From assembly GCA_965263295.1 (NCBI GenBank), contig OZ253665.1, positions 1,472,001-1,536,000 on the forward strand: DNA of 64,000 bases. The letters are read 5' to 3'. Numbering within the stretch: the stretch's first letter is position 1; the number at the start of each line of letters is the position of its first letter. Made by a program: the position numbers and the translations under genes. Origin of the DNA: Spirochaetia bacterium (GTDB lineage Bacteria; Spirochaetota; Spirochaetia; SP-2023). The notes beneath the pieces are model-generated. The model saw only the letters and a list, made by a program, of their open reading frames with translations, was not told the DNA's origin and did no database searches. Positions 20,953 to 30,970 of the stretch are shown here, one piece after another.

Positions 20953-22103
20953 GGGTTGTCTCTCATTCTCTGTCCAGTTTCTCTCCCGGACAGGTCGGGA
21001 AGCGCGAACGGGAACTGTTTCAGAACGTCATCGAGAATTCTGCGAAACAGCTCTTTGTTGTCGTCCACCATATCAACCGGCTCGTTGATGGCATATTTGC
21101 CGTGGCTCAGCAGGTTCAGGGCGCGATTGTAAAGGATCTCGTCCGGCAGCCCTTTCAGGCAGATACTGAGGTCATTATGGCCGAAGAAACTCGCTGTCTT
21201 CTCCAGAATACTGCGCAGAGCGTTGAAGTGATATGTATAGAGGGGTCCTTCCTCCGAACATTTCAAAAGCTCGGCAAGGGTCGCCACATGATGAAAATAG
21301 GGCGTATCTCCAGTGGCGCGCAGCGTCAACATACCCTGTTCGTTTGGCCGGTGCAGAAAATACCGCTTCGTTTTGACTTTTTCCTGAGCCTCCCCGGTCC
21401 TGCCGAGCTCGTTGCACATCACGTTGAAGAACAGTGCGTGGTGTGAGGAGAACACGGTGCGCAGTGGGTCCGGTTCACCCTGCGCGTTTTTGCGCGAGGC
21501 CGCTTTGCGAAGGAGCGCCGCCAAGTCACAGGCAATGGCGATGGCATTGTTGTCATCCAACGACGAGATGGGATCATCGATGTAGAGGTGCTTGACCCGC
21601 TCATAAGAGGCCAGCCCGTCGATGACCCGCTCACAGATCGCCATGAACATACACCAGATGAAAATCTTCTCTTCACCACGGGATATCTTGATCCGTTCTT
21701 CGTCGCCCTTACGGAAGGTCACGAACCACTTCTCGTAGTTGATGTCAAAATCAAAATCCGTGTAGCGCGACAGGTATCCGGCGATTGTCTCGTCGAGTGC
21801 TAAGTCCTTCAGGCCGTCAAAGAAGGACGATTTCTCGTTAATTTCCAGACGACGGTCCGTGTCGTTGTCTAAATCATTGTGCCAAACAAAAAGATCCTCA
21901 GTGAACGCGTTGAAATACAGTGTATCGGATATCCCCTTTGCCTTTCGCTTGCCGACGTCTTTGAACTCCATCGACAACCGAGTTTTCCCGGTTCGATTGT
22001 ACGCGTAGAGGAGAACGCAGTGGATGTTCGCTAGATCGCTGCGCAGCCTTTTCGCAAGCGTAGTCAAATTCTTGTATTCACGGATCTTCGGGGTCCCACT
22101 CAT
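20949..22103 (-). CDS. prrC: PrrC-type anticodon nuclease (ABC-ATPase + ACNase)
   Basis: YAYNRTGKTRLS, LYFNAFTEDLF, KISRGEE, IDDPISSLD, SSH, and C-terminal R-x3-E (RSILE)...LSH; embedded among hsd genes. Confidence 0.85.
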   Translation of the reverse strand: MSGTPKIREYKNLTTLAKRLRSDLANIHCVLLYAYNRTGKTRLSMEFKDVGKRKAKGISDTLYFNAFTEDLFVWHNDLDNDTDRRLEINEKSSFFDGLKDLALDETIAGYLSRYTDFDFDINYEKWFVTFRKGDEERIKISRGEEKIFIWCMFMAICERVIDGLASYERVKHLYIDDPISSLDDNNAIAIACDLAALLRKAASRKNAQGEPDPLRTVFSSHHALFFNVMCNELGRTGEAQEKVKTKRYFLHRPNEQGMLTLRATGDTPYFHHVATLAELLKCSEEGPLYTYHFNALRSILEKTASFFGHNDLSICLKGLPDEILYNRALNLLSHGKYAINEPVDMVDDNKELFRRILDDVLKQFPFALPDLSGRETGQRMRDNP

Positions 22104-23392
22104 GGCTGATTACCCTCCAGCGTGGGAAAGAGTTGCTGCAGCAGCCCTTGCTTGTGAGTCCGCAGGGCGTCGAGCTTGCGGGCCTGTGCCGCGATCAGGT
22201 CGTCAAGGCAAGAAAGGCAGTCGGCGATGCGCTGTTGTTCTTCAGGATCGCTCGGATAGCACAGCGGGACGTTTTCAAGTGCTGACTTGCTAACCGCAGG
22301 CACCACACCACCCGCGTGGTCACTTAGAGAAACATTAGACCAGAGATATAATAGAAACTCGTCGGCGCTTTTCGTGTTTATCGCTTTAACGCCGGCTGTA
22401 TTGTTGTCGATCATTGCTGGCTTCGTCGTGACAACGCGTCGATTTAATCGGATCGCTTCACCGATTTTGGCAAAGATAATCGTTCCCGTCGGCACGGGCT
22501 TTCCTCGAATTTCATCGAGCACGTCGGAATTGATATAGTTGTTCGCCTTCGAAATGTATCTCTGATCTTTTTCAATAGTCAGCGATATATCGCTGACCTT
22601 ATAGAAGGGGTATTGCCCGTTTTTATTCCCCTGAAACTTATCCGGAAAACCGCAGCCCGGCAGCACTCTTGCGATGTCACGGCAGTGCCCCGTCTTCCAA
22701 TAAGGGGCATCCCGAAACTCCGGAAAGCGCAGCTCCGGCACGGTCTGGCCTTGTTGCGGGAAGAGCTTTTGCATCAGTCCTTTTTTATGCCGCCTGAGGG
22801 CGTCGAGCTTGCCGGCCTGCGCCGCGATCAGCTCGTCGAGGGAAGACAGACAATCGGCGATGCGCTGTTGTTCGGCTATTTCCCGGGGCGTTGGGACGGT
22901 GATCCCAAAGAAAGTATCTGCGTTAATGTTCAGCAAGCCGTTGCTTCGGGCACCACTCGTGATGTGCCGGATGAGTTGGCGACCATGCTCATTTTTCTCG
23001 AAGAAGCCGAGAACGAACGCGGGTTCTAAATGGTCATATAAACGAAAGCAGTAAAACGCATTCGATGCAGCTACTTCGTCGAACTCTGTTAGTTGATACA
23101 CACAACCTTGGGGAAACTGCTTTGAATTACCCCTGTTGTAAGCAAATTCACCGCGCTGAAGCCGGATGTACTTTCTGTACTGGGATCCCGCGATATTGCG
23201 GCCGAACTTTTCTGCTTGTGGCACAAACCCTTTTCCTGCTGAGATGCTGACCGGAGTTAGTTGGGAGTCCCCCACTGTCTCGGTCAGCCGGTCACATAAA
23301 TCATTCAACGGCTTGGCTTCCCACTCTCCCGCGTCCCGAAACGCCGGAAAGCGCAGTTTGGGTACAAGGGGCGACGGCGTGCCGGCGGTCAT
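22100..23392 (-). CDS. hsdS: Type I R-M specificity subunit
   Basis: PKLRFP/PELRFP and two EQQRIADCLS.LD.LI repeats flanking two TRDs. Confidence 0.93.
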   Translation of the reverse strand: MTAGTPSPLVPKLRFPAFRDAGEWEAKPLNDLCDRLTETVGDSQLTPVSISAGKGFVPQAEKFGRNIAGSQYRKYIRLQRGEFAYNRGNSKQFPQGCVYQLTEFDEVAASNAFYCFRLYDHLEPAFVLGFFEKNEHGRQLIRHITSGARSNGLLNINADTFFGITVPTPREIAEQQRIADCLSSLDELIAAQAGKLDALRRHKKGLMQKLFPQQGQTVPELRFPEFRDAPYWKTGHCRDIARVLPGCGFPDKFQGNKNGQYPFYKVSDISLTIEKDQRYISKANNYINSDVLDEIRGKPVPTGTIIFAKIGEAIRLNRRVVTTKPAMIDNNTAGVKAINTKSADEFLLYLWSNVSLSDHAGGVVPAVSKSALENVPLCYPSDPEEQQRIADCLSCLDDLIAAQARKLDALRTHKQGLLQQLFPTLEGNQP

Positions 23393-26300
23393 CGCGCTCC
23401 CCCTGGCTCGTAGGCGTCGAGGCCCGAAATGTCGCGGCCCCGGGCCCGCTTGTTCAGGAGCGGCACGAGATCGGCCATCAGGGCGAGTTCGCGCTCGCGG
23501 CGCTCGCGCCAGCCGAGATCGAGCGGCTCCATCAGGTCGGTCAACTGCTCGCCGTCGAAAATCATGCGCCGAAGTATGGTGTCGACAAAGGCGGCCAGCG
23601 ACTGAGGCGGCAGGCCGTGGGCCTCGGCCAGGTCCTCAATCTCCCTGGCCTGCCGATCGGCCTTGAAATGCTGATAGCCGGTGCGGATGGCGGCCTCGTT
23701 CAGCCCTTCGCCCGCCTTGAGCGAGCGGACGTATTCGGCGATCAAGTCCCGCTCGTCGAGGAATTTGGCGTCGGACTGGATCAGCCCGATCAACTGCTCG
23801 CGGCTAATCGGGACCTTTTGCGGGTCCTGCGCGGAGTACTTGGCGATCAGCTTCATAATGTAGTCATAGTCAATGTCGGCCGAGGCGAAGAGGACGAACT
23901 CAAAGTCCAGCTGGTCGGCTTCGGAGCTGCTTGGCACGCCGTCGGGCTCAGGTGCGCCCCGCCGCTGTTTCAGTTTGCGGGCGGTTTCAAGATAGGCGCC
24001 GCGGAAGGCGCGCAGGTCGTCTTTGGGCAGGGTCTGCCCGATCTGCTCGCGTTGCTCGCTGGTCAGGTCGGTGTACTGGTCCAGCTGCGTCTTCAGGCGC
24101 TGCACCTCCCTGAATCGTTTGATGAACTGGGTGCGGGCATCGTCGCCCTTGAGGTTGGGCACCTGGTCGGGCCTGGTTTCGAGGCCCTGCGAGGTCATGA
24201 ACGCATCGAGGTCGGCGACGGCTTGCTCAAATTTTTCGATCACTCGCGGCGGCGCCTCCACCAGCCAAATCTCGCGTGCCCGCTCGGGTTGGACGCCGGA
24301 AAACAGGGCGATGGCGTCATCGACGCTGTCTTGCTGCTGGCGGAAATCGAGGATGTGGCCATGGGGCTTGGTGCCATGGGGCTTGGTGGCGTTGAGAACG
24401 CGGTTGGTGCGGGAAAACGCCTGAATCAGGCCGTGGTGTCTAAGAGGCTTGTCGACGTAAAGGGTGTTCAGGAACCGGGCGTCAAAGCCGGTGAGTAGCA
24501 TGTCGACAACGATGGTGATGTCGATCTTTTCCTTTTGGGGCAGGTCGCTGTTGGGGAACTGCTGATCCTTGATGCGCTGCTGGATGTCCTGATAGTAAAG
24601 GTCGAAATTGTCGAGGCCGTGGTTGCTGCCATAGCTCTGGTTGTAGTCGGCGATGATCGCCTTGAGCGCGGCCTTCTTGCCCTCGGGGTCGTGCCGGTTG
24701 TCCTCTTTTTCCTGGATGAGGTCCTCCTGAATCTGCCGGATGTCCCTTCTGTTTTTCTCGCCTTCTTTCCCGTCTTCTTTGGCCGGGTTCACCGGCGGCG
24801 AGAACACGGCGGCGATCTTGAGAGGAACGAAATCGGGGTCGGCGGCCTGGCGCTCGGCCTGGAGCGCCTTGAAAATCTTGTAGTATTCGATCGCGTCGTC
24901 GATCGAGGCGGTGGCAAACAAGGCGTTGAATTTACGCCCGGCGGTGGCGGCGGCGTGTTTTTCGAGGATCGTTTCGATAATCGCTCTCTTGGCGGCCGGC
25001 GTGCCCACGTTCGGCTTATCCGCGCCTTGCCCTTCGTAGTAATCGACGTGAAAGCGCAAAACGTTGCCATCCTCGATCGCGTGCGTGATGGTATATTCGT
25101 GGAGGCTTTTTTGAAACAGGTCCTCGGTGGTTTGCAGGGTGGCCACCTCTCCCTCGGCCCGCTTGATGGTGGCGTTGTCCTTGAAGATCGGAGTGCCGGT
25201 GAAACCGAAGAGCTGGGAGTTCGGGAAGAACGTCTTGATAGCCCGGTGGTTTTCGCCGAACTGCGAGCGATGGCATTCGTCAAAGATGAAGACCATGCGC
25301 CTGTCGCGGAGTGGTTCGAGCTGCTGCTTGAAGGTCGGCCGCCCCTTGTCGATGTTCCGCTTGTTGTGCTTGCTGCTCTCGTCAAGGGCCAACCCCAGCT
25401 TTTGGATGGTCGTGACGATGACCTTGTCGGCGTAATCGTCGGACAGAAGGCGGCGGACCAGCGCCGCGGTGTTGGTGTTTTCCTCGACGCAGCCTTCCTG
25501 AAAGCGGTTGAATTCCTCGCGGGTTTGGCGGTCTAGGTCCTTGCGGTCGACGACGAAAAGGCATTTGTGGATGCTCTCGTTGGCCTTGAGCAGCGTCGCG
25601 GCCTTAAAAGAGGTCAGGGTCTTGCCGCTGCCCGTCGTGTGCCAGATGTAGCCGTTGCCGCAGTTCTGATTGATGCAATCGACGATGGCCTTGACGGCGT
25701 AGATCTGGTATGGGCGCATCATCAGCAGCTTGCGCTCGCTGGCGATGAGCACCATATATTTGCTGATCATCTGGCCAAGCGTGCACTTGGCCAGAAAATG
25801 GCCGGCGAAAGCGTCTAGGTGAGTGATCTTCTGGTTGTCTTGGCCTGCGAATTGATAGACCGGCAAAAACCGCTCGTCCGCGTCAAAGGCGAAATGCTTG
25901 GCGTTGTTGTTGGCGAAGTACCAGGTGTCCGTGCGGTTGCTGACGATGAACAGCTGGACGAAGCACAGAAGCGTCCTGGTGTAGCCGTTGCCGGGGTCGT
26001 TCTTGTAATCGACGATCTGCTCCATCGCCCGCCTTGGGCTGATCGCCAGTGCCTTGAGCTCAATCTGAACGACGGGGACGCCGTTGATCAGGAGCATGAC
26101 GTCGTAGCGGTGGTGGCTGTAAGCACTGTTGATACGCAGTTGATGGATCACCTCAAAGTCGTTTTTGCACCAGTCCTTGGTGTTGACCAGGGTGTAGTGG
26201 AGTGGCGTCCCATCCTCGCGCGTAAAGCTGTTTGTTTCGCGCAGAATACGCGCGGCGTCAAACACATCGGGGTTCACGATCTCATCGAGAAGACGTGCGA

Positions 26301-26487
26301 ACTCGCTGTCTGTCAGCTGCACGCGATTGAGCGCGGCGAACTTTTCGCGGAAATTCTTCTCCAGGGCAGCGCGATCTTTGATGTCCTGACGGTAGACATA
26401 TTTTAGATCGGTCAGCTTGGCGATCAACTCTTGTTCAATTTGCCGTTCCATTATGACCGATTCCCCCTTTTTGTCCCCATCCATCAT
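23389..26487 (-). CDS. hsdR: Type I restriction endonuclease subunit R (start uncertain, 26451-26514)
   Basis: RYDV..LING.P.VQIELK, HTTGSGKT, DECHR, GFTGTP, VVDMLLTGFD, QAFSRTNR. Confidence 0.95.
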   Translation of the reverse strand: MMDGDKKGESVIMERQIEQELIAKLTDLKYVYRQDIKDRAALEKNFREKFAALNRVQLTDSEFARLLDEIVNPDVFDAARILRETNSFTREDGTPLHYTLVNTKDWCKNDFEVIHQLRINSAYSHHRYDVMLLINGVPVVQIELKALAISPRRAMEQIVDYKNDPGNGYTRTLLCFVQLFIVSNRTDTWYFANNNAKHFAFDADERFLPVYQFAGQDNQKITHLDAFAGHFLAKCTLGQMISKYMVLIASERKLLMMRPYQIYAVKAIVDCINQNCGNGYIWHTTGSGKTLTSFKAATLLKANESIHKCLFVVDRKDLDRQTREEFNRFQEGCVEENTNTAALVRRLLSDDYADKVIVTTIQKLGLALDESSKHNKRNIDKGRPTFKQQLEPLRDRRMVFIFDECHRSQFGENHRAIKTFFPNSQLFGFTGTPIFKDNATIKRAEGEVATLQTTEDLFQKSLHEYTITHAIEDGNVLRFHVDYYEGQGADKPNVGTPAAKRAIIETILEKHAAATAGRKFNALFATASIDDAIEYYKIFKALQAERQAADPDFVPLKIAAVFSPPVNPAKEDGKEGEKNRRDIRQIQEDLIQEKEDNRHDPEGKKAALKAIIADYNQSYGSNHGLDNFDLYYQDIQQRIKDQQFPNSDLPQKEKIDITIVVDMLLTGFDARFLNTLYVDKPLRHHGLIQAFSRTNRVLNATKPHGTKPHGHILDFRQQQDSVDDAIALFSGVQPERAREIWLVEAPPRVIEKFEQAVADLDAFMTSQGLETRPDQVPNLKGDDARTQFIKRFREVQRLKTQLDQYTDLTSEQREQIGQTLPKDDLRAFRGAYLETARKLKQRRGAPEPDGVPSSSEADQLDFEFVLFASADIDYDYIMKLIAKYSAQDPQKVPISREQLIGLIQSDAKFLDERDLIAEYVRSLKAGEGLNEAAIRTGYQHFKADRQAREIEDLAEAHGLPPQSLAAFVDTILRRMIFDGEQLTDLMEPLDLGWRERRERELALMADLVPLLNKRARGRDISGLDAYEPGGAR

Positions 26488-26821
26488 GCGACCGCTCGCT
26501 TCCACCGCCACCAAGTCATAACTGCGCCCAAATCTGGCTTATTTCGGGAAGAGGCATTCTCCGCTATCTTACGAGATTCGGCCAATGGCGCAATGTTCAT
26601 CATGCAAGTATCGCCCCCGCGCAGTTTGGGCGGCGATGGCCCAGAGGCTGTCCTCTCGCTTCTTTCGTCGATTATTCGTCACCATGCTGCGCTTCCTTGT
26701 AAGTTCTGGTCTATTGATTTCTGGGACGATTGTGAATTGATATTGCGATCAAAAGCGCCTGCAGGATTTTAAGTTTTCCCCTGGTTATTTGAAAAAATTA
26801 ATTGATTTTAAATTCAAACTG

Positions 26822-26836
26822 TGATAATCTTTATCA
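26822..26836 (+). promoter_or_regulatory. Putative Fur box (7-1-7)
   Basis: TGATAATCTTTATCA, one mismatch from TGATAATnATTATCA, about 80 bp upstream of the hydrolase ATG. Confidence 0.6.
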
Positions 26837-26918
26837 TAAAGGGAATGAAAGGCCTCGTGCTTTATTTTTAGCTAGTCTGGCTCTTTTCATTTCTAATACC
26901 TACGCAAAGGGGAAGTCT

Positions 26919-27875
26919 ATGCAATTACATAAAGGAATGGCGCACAAAAAATACCAAGTGGGGAAAAATGCGGTCAGTTTCGATAGTTACGGCGACAAAG
27001 TTGCGGCCAATCTGTTCCTGCCCGAAAATTTTGATCCGGGCACGAAATATCCGGCCATAACCCTTGTGCCGCCGGCAACGGGCGTAAAGGAGCAAACGAT
27101 TGGTATCTACGCACAACACTTGTCACAGAAAGGTTTTATAACATTGGCCTTCGATCCGCGCGGATGGGGAGAGAGTGAAGGTATTCCCTTTTTAAGTGAT
27201 ACTTATCGCATCGCCGATGATACAAAAAACTCGGTGAGCTACTTACATACACTGGATTTTGTGGATCGAGAAAATATCTTCAATCTCGGTATCTGTATGG
27301 GGGCCGGTTTTGCCGGACTCGCCACTGTAATGGATGCCCGTGTGAAAGGCCTCGCGGTCGTTAGCCCCTATTTGGACAGTGCCGAAGAATTTCTGCAAGT
27401 TGTGGGCGGCAGCACGGCGGCTTTGCGCAAATCTATTCTTGCGATCGCCGCCAAAGGAAGACAAGCCTATTATGAAACTGGCAAACCTCAAACGACCAAG
27501 GTTGTGCCCGAAACGGAAGAAGAAATCAAAAATACACCCATGCCTATTATAGCTGATATGTCAAAATACTATCTGCCAGGGAAACCCGGCAGTGTCCCGA
27601 ACTGGAAGAATGTAGGTAACGTGATGACGAGCGAGTTTGCGGCCACTTGGTCGATATTCCCGCTAACCCATCTTTTTGAAGGCATTCCGACTGTGGTCGT
27701 CTATGGTGATCGAGCAACTTCCGGCCCCGGTGCGGAGCGCTTCTATCAGGCGATTAACGGGCCAAAAGATAAACTGGTGGTCCAGGGCGCCGACCACTTT
27801 GACCTGTACTGGAAACCGGAATATGTCGAGCCTGCCGTCGAAAAGATTGACGCCTATCTGAAGGCACAAATGTAA
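26919..27875 (+). CDS. Alpha/beta hydrolase with Cys nucleophile elbow (YcjY/X-Pro peptidase-like fold)
   Basis: GVKEQ..G.YA, AFDPRGWGESEG, GICMGA, GADHFDLY. Confidence 0.85.
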   Translation: MQLHKGMAHKKYQVGKNAVSFDSYGDKVAANLFLPENFDPGTKYPAITLVPPATGVKEQTIGIYAQHLSQKGFITLAFDPRGWGESEGIPFLSDTYRIADDTKNSVSYLHTLDFVDRENIFNLGICMGAGFAGLATVMDARVKGLAVVSPYLDSAEEFLQVVGGSTAALRKSILAIAAKGRQAYYETGKPQTTKVVPETEEEIKNTPMPIIADMSKYYLPGKPGSVPNWKNVGNVMTSEFAATWSIFPLTHLFEGIPTVVVYGDRATSGPGAERFYQAINGPKDKLVVQGADHFDLYWKPEYVEPAVEKIDAYLKAQM

Positions 27876-27925
27876 GTTTTTACCGGCTTGACACCACAAG
27901 TGCCTTTTGGGCGCTGTGTTTCTCT

Positions 27926-27980
27926 GCTGCTGCAGCTCTTCCCACTTCGGTGGGGAATATTGGCTGCAGTAGCTTTTTTT
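27926..27980 (+). terminator. Intrinsic terminator
   Basis: GCTGCTGCAGC...TTCCCAC-TTCG-GTGGGGA...GCTGCAGTAGC followed by T7. Confidence 0.75.
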
Positions 27981-28039
27981 GCCCATTTTCTTTGCTCTCG
28001 TTTTTCTGTCCGTGTTTTTCTATCTTTGCAGGGCGCCGA

Positions 28040-28190
28040 GTTTTTGATTTTGCGCGGGATTGGCAACACCCGGTTCGGGCCGACACCAACACACTGACCG
28101 GTTATTGGTTTTTCGGCATTCCGGCGATGGCAGTTTGCGGATATCCGCTTGGCTGGTCTGGCAGCTGCGTTTGAGGGCTTTGCTTCAAAA
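28040..28190 (+). pseudogene. Short remnant of a MATE-family efflux transporter C-terminus
   Basis: ILRGIGNTRFG, then after a frameshift TLTGYWFFGIP...YPLGWSGSCV*; resembles MATE LRG.GDT...GYW..G.P...LG.G..G.W. Confidence 0.5.
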
Positions 28191-28737
28191 CCGAGCCGAC
28201 CCCGCGTCAAATCGACAGCCCATGCATCCGGCTAAGACAATCTTTTTGTATGCAGTATATGCGTTTAGTGCTTCATGCAAATTCTTCAAATTTTTGCGCA
28301 CAGTTACTTGACAATTCATACATTATATGAGAAAATATGCCTAATGATATTGATTTTAAGTTACATATATGCGATATCTTATCATTAAATTTAATAATCG
28401 CGGAAAGGATTTAAAGCTTGAGAATTGTCATCAAATTGTTTGCACTTTTGCTGCCTGCCTACGTGGTCTAGTTTCTTGCTTGTCTTTGTGTGTCGGGATC
28501 CTCCACTGTGCCTGAAATACCTTGTGGTTGTGAAAGCAACGCCTTGGCTTGGTTGCCATTCAGAGGATGCAATGAGAATTTGGGTGATAGAGACAAAATA
28601 GAGCGCAAGTGTCATAATTCACCTCGTGAAGTACTAATAAACGCCTGCATTTATTTGATGCTCGTTGGTGGCCACAACTTACTTGAATAAAAATAGAAAA
28701 CAAAGTATCCAAGGTTATATTTTGTTTTCTATTAATT

Positions 28738-28756
28738 GATATTGGTAATCATTAGC
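28738..28756 (+). promoter_or_regulatory. Putative Fur box upstream of the iron ABC importer
   Basis: GATATTGGTAATCATTAGC, 16/19 match to GATAATGATAATCATTATC. Confidence 0.75.
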
Positions 28757-28838
28757 GTAACTAAGTAGCTGGGCACTCCATGAAAAGACAAAGTCTGATT
28801 ATTCTTGAGACTATTCTTACGCGAAAAGGACGATAATT

Positions 28839-29842
28839 ATGAGACGATATATATATATATATATATATATATCGTGCTTATCTTTAGCATTATAACTGTT
28901 CCTTGTGGCGCCCAGAATGAGGTAAGTGCTGAATCATTGATGGTGACAGACGATTGCGGCGTTACATTGCAATTCCCAACCAACCCCAAACGTATTGCGG
29001 CTATTTCCTACACCGCGGCCGATATTGCACTGGCGCTTGGCATAATGCCTGTCGCCGTGACGTATATGAAACGCGGCGTCGATCCCGATTACCTTCTGGG
29101 CCTGACAAAACATATGAAAAAAGTCGGTCAGCGCGCCAAACCCAATATGGAGTTGTTGGCCGAGGCCAAACCCGATGTGATTATCGCTATAAAAAGGTAC
29201 ACTAAGGCCAATGCGGCAAAATTTCAAAAAATCGCGCCTTACATCGCTTACAAGATGGAGGTTTACGATGAAAGCCTGAACGAAGTCATTGAACTGTCGA
29301 GATTCTTTGGAAATCCAAAGAGGGGGGAAAAGCTCAATGCGGATTTTGAACGAAATCTCAAGAAATACATGGCGAAGGTTCCCAAGGGCAAGCATCCTCG
29401 TTTCCAGATCATGTGGCCAGGCTACCAGCCTTTTTCCTTTTGCACTGAGGCGACCCCTTCATGGATCGTGTCTAAGCTGGGCGGCTCAAACATTGTGGGA
29501 TCGGCCAATGAGGGCTATTTCGGCTTAGAAATTAGTCTGGAGATCATGCTGGCAAAAGATCCAGAGGTGATTTTCGTCATTGATTATGGCAAGGATCTCC
29601 CCCATGAAAGCAATCCGATCTGGAAAAAACTTTCCGCAGTCAAGAACGGTCGTGTCTATTCCGTCGGCGACGAATGGGTGGAAACTAACGGTCCAATCGC
29701 CCGCGAAGTTGTTTTGCGTCAGGCAGCGCACTACTTGTATCCGGATGTTTTCCCCGATGTCGATGTCAAGGCGCTGGCCAAGAAAATGATTCCGGCTGAT
29801 TTGCAAAGAAAGGCCGCATCCATGCCCGTATGGATGCGGTAA
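28839..29842 (+). CDS. Iron-siderophore ABC substrate-binding protein; natural start out of frame because of the (AT)13 tract
   Basis: PKRIAA, LALGI.PVA, VGQRAKPNMELLAEAKPDVI, ISLE....DPEVIF, WKKLSAVKNGRVY. AAGGA+ATG at 28839 joins the main ORF only if one AT unit is removed. Confidence 0.85.
28847..28872 (+). repeat. (AT)13 dinucleotide microsatellite in signal-peptide coding region
   Basis: 26 nt perfect AT run counted directly. Confidence 0.95.
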
Positions 29843-29954
29843 TTACGCATCGCCTGAATGGGATGGAAAACACAAGTTGCGAGAATGATTCCGGCTGATT
29901 GAGTGGAGATAAATAAATATGATCTTTAATTCATGTCGGCCATATCGGAGCAGA

Positions 29955-30968
29955 ATGGACATGTCGTTGGGGTCTTTTCGCTCATCGGTTTTGACGGCCG
30001 TCCTAATAATGAGCGCGGTGGGGGCGATCATCGCAGGACTGATGTTTGGGGTCAGGCCTTTGAGGCCCAGAGAGCTCTTCTCCATCCTGTTGGCTCCTGA
30101 TGACGGGGTTGACTCAATTCTCGTTTGGACTCTCCGGCTCCCGCGTAGCCTTTCCGCCTTTGTCGGTGGCGCCGGTCTCGGTGTATCGGGTTACTTGTTG
30201 CAGACCTTGGCGCGCAATCCGCTCGCCGGGCCGGGCTTGACTGGGGTGACGTCCGGGGCGGTGACGCCGATCGTTTTCTGTTTTATCTTTCTGCCTAGTG
30301 TCTCTCCTGTGTTCTATCCGTTTATCGGTATGATCGGTGGTGTGGCCGCCGCGATGGTCACTTTTTGGATTTCCGACTGGGGTCGCAGGAGTCCCTTGCA
30401 CCTGGCATTGGGAGGCATAAGCGTTTCCATTTTCTTCAACGCCGTCACGACGTACATCCTGCTCTTGAGTGGTTCACTGGCCTTTTCTTTGATGCACTGG
30501 TTGTCCGGTGGGTTTCAGGGGCTTGCCTGGCGGCAACTTGCCTTCATGACCCCCTTGGTAGCTGCCGGGATTGCTGGAACATTGGCGTGCCGGCGCATTG
30601 TCGGTCTGCTTATGCTTGATGAACAGGTGGCTGCCGGCATGGGCTTGCGCCTCGCATTTTGGAAGCCGTTGTTGCTTGTGTTTGCAGTCCTCCCTGTCGC
30701 CGGGATTGTGCCGGTGGCCGGAACTATCGCATTTGTCGGCCTTGCCGCCCCACATATCGCCCGGCTTTTGCGGCCGAAGGATCCCTTTTGGAGTGTGGCG
30801 CTGAGTGCGGCAATAGGCGCATTGATGGTAGTCGTTGCGGATATTGTCGCTCGAACTGTGGCTCTGCCGCGAGACTTGCCAGTGAGTGTCATTGCCGCCC
30901 TAATAGGCGGGCCAGTCTTTATTTATCTCGCCCAACGTCGAGATTTCTCGACAAAAGGCAAAATTTGA
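29955..30968 (+). CDS. FecCD-family iron ABC permease
   Basis: LRLPR, LQTLARNPLA.PGL.GV..GA, G.IAFVGL.APH.AR, GGPVFIYL. Confidence 0.9.
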   Translation: MDMSLGSFRSSVLTAVLIMSAVGAIIAGLMFGVRPLRPRELFSILLAPDDGVDSILVWTLRLPRSLSAFVGGAGLGVSGYLLQTLARNPLAGPGLTGVTSGAVTPIVFCFIFLPSVSPVFYPFIGMIGGVAAAMVTFWISDWGRRSPLHLALGGISVSIFFNAVTTYILLLSGSLAFSLMHWLSGGFQGLAWRQLAFMTPLVAAGIAGTLACRRIVGLLMLDEQVAAGMGLRLAFWKPLLLVFAVLPVAGIVPVAGTIAFVGLAAPHIARLLRPKDPFWSVALSAAIGALMVVVADIVARTVALPRDLPVSVIAALIGGPVFIYLAQRRDFSTKGKI

Positions 30969-30970
30969 CC

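Noticed and set aside
19303..26406. Long plus-strand ORFs (609, 293, 333, 195 aa) antisense to the hsd genes
   Set aside because: Shadow ORFs of GC-rich genes; no motifs, while the minus strand has clear hsd signatures
26595..26690. PSPPKLR peptide upstream of hsdR resembling an hsdS N-terminus (possible shufflon partner)
   Set aside because: Only a few residues match; no second hsdS, inverted repeats or recombinase in the window
28391..28690. Small ORFs and a signal-peptide-like start upstream of the iron operon (possible receptor remnant)
   Set aside because: Interrupted by a stop after 17 codons, with no recognisable family motif
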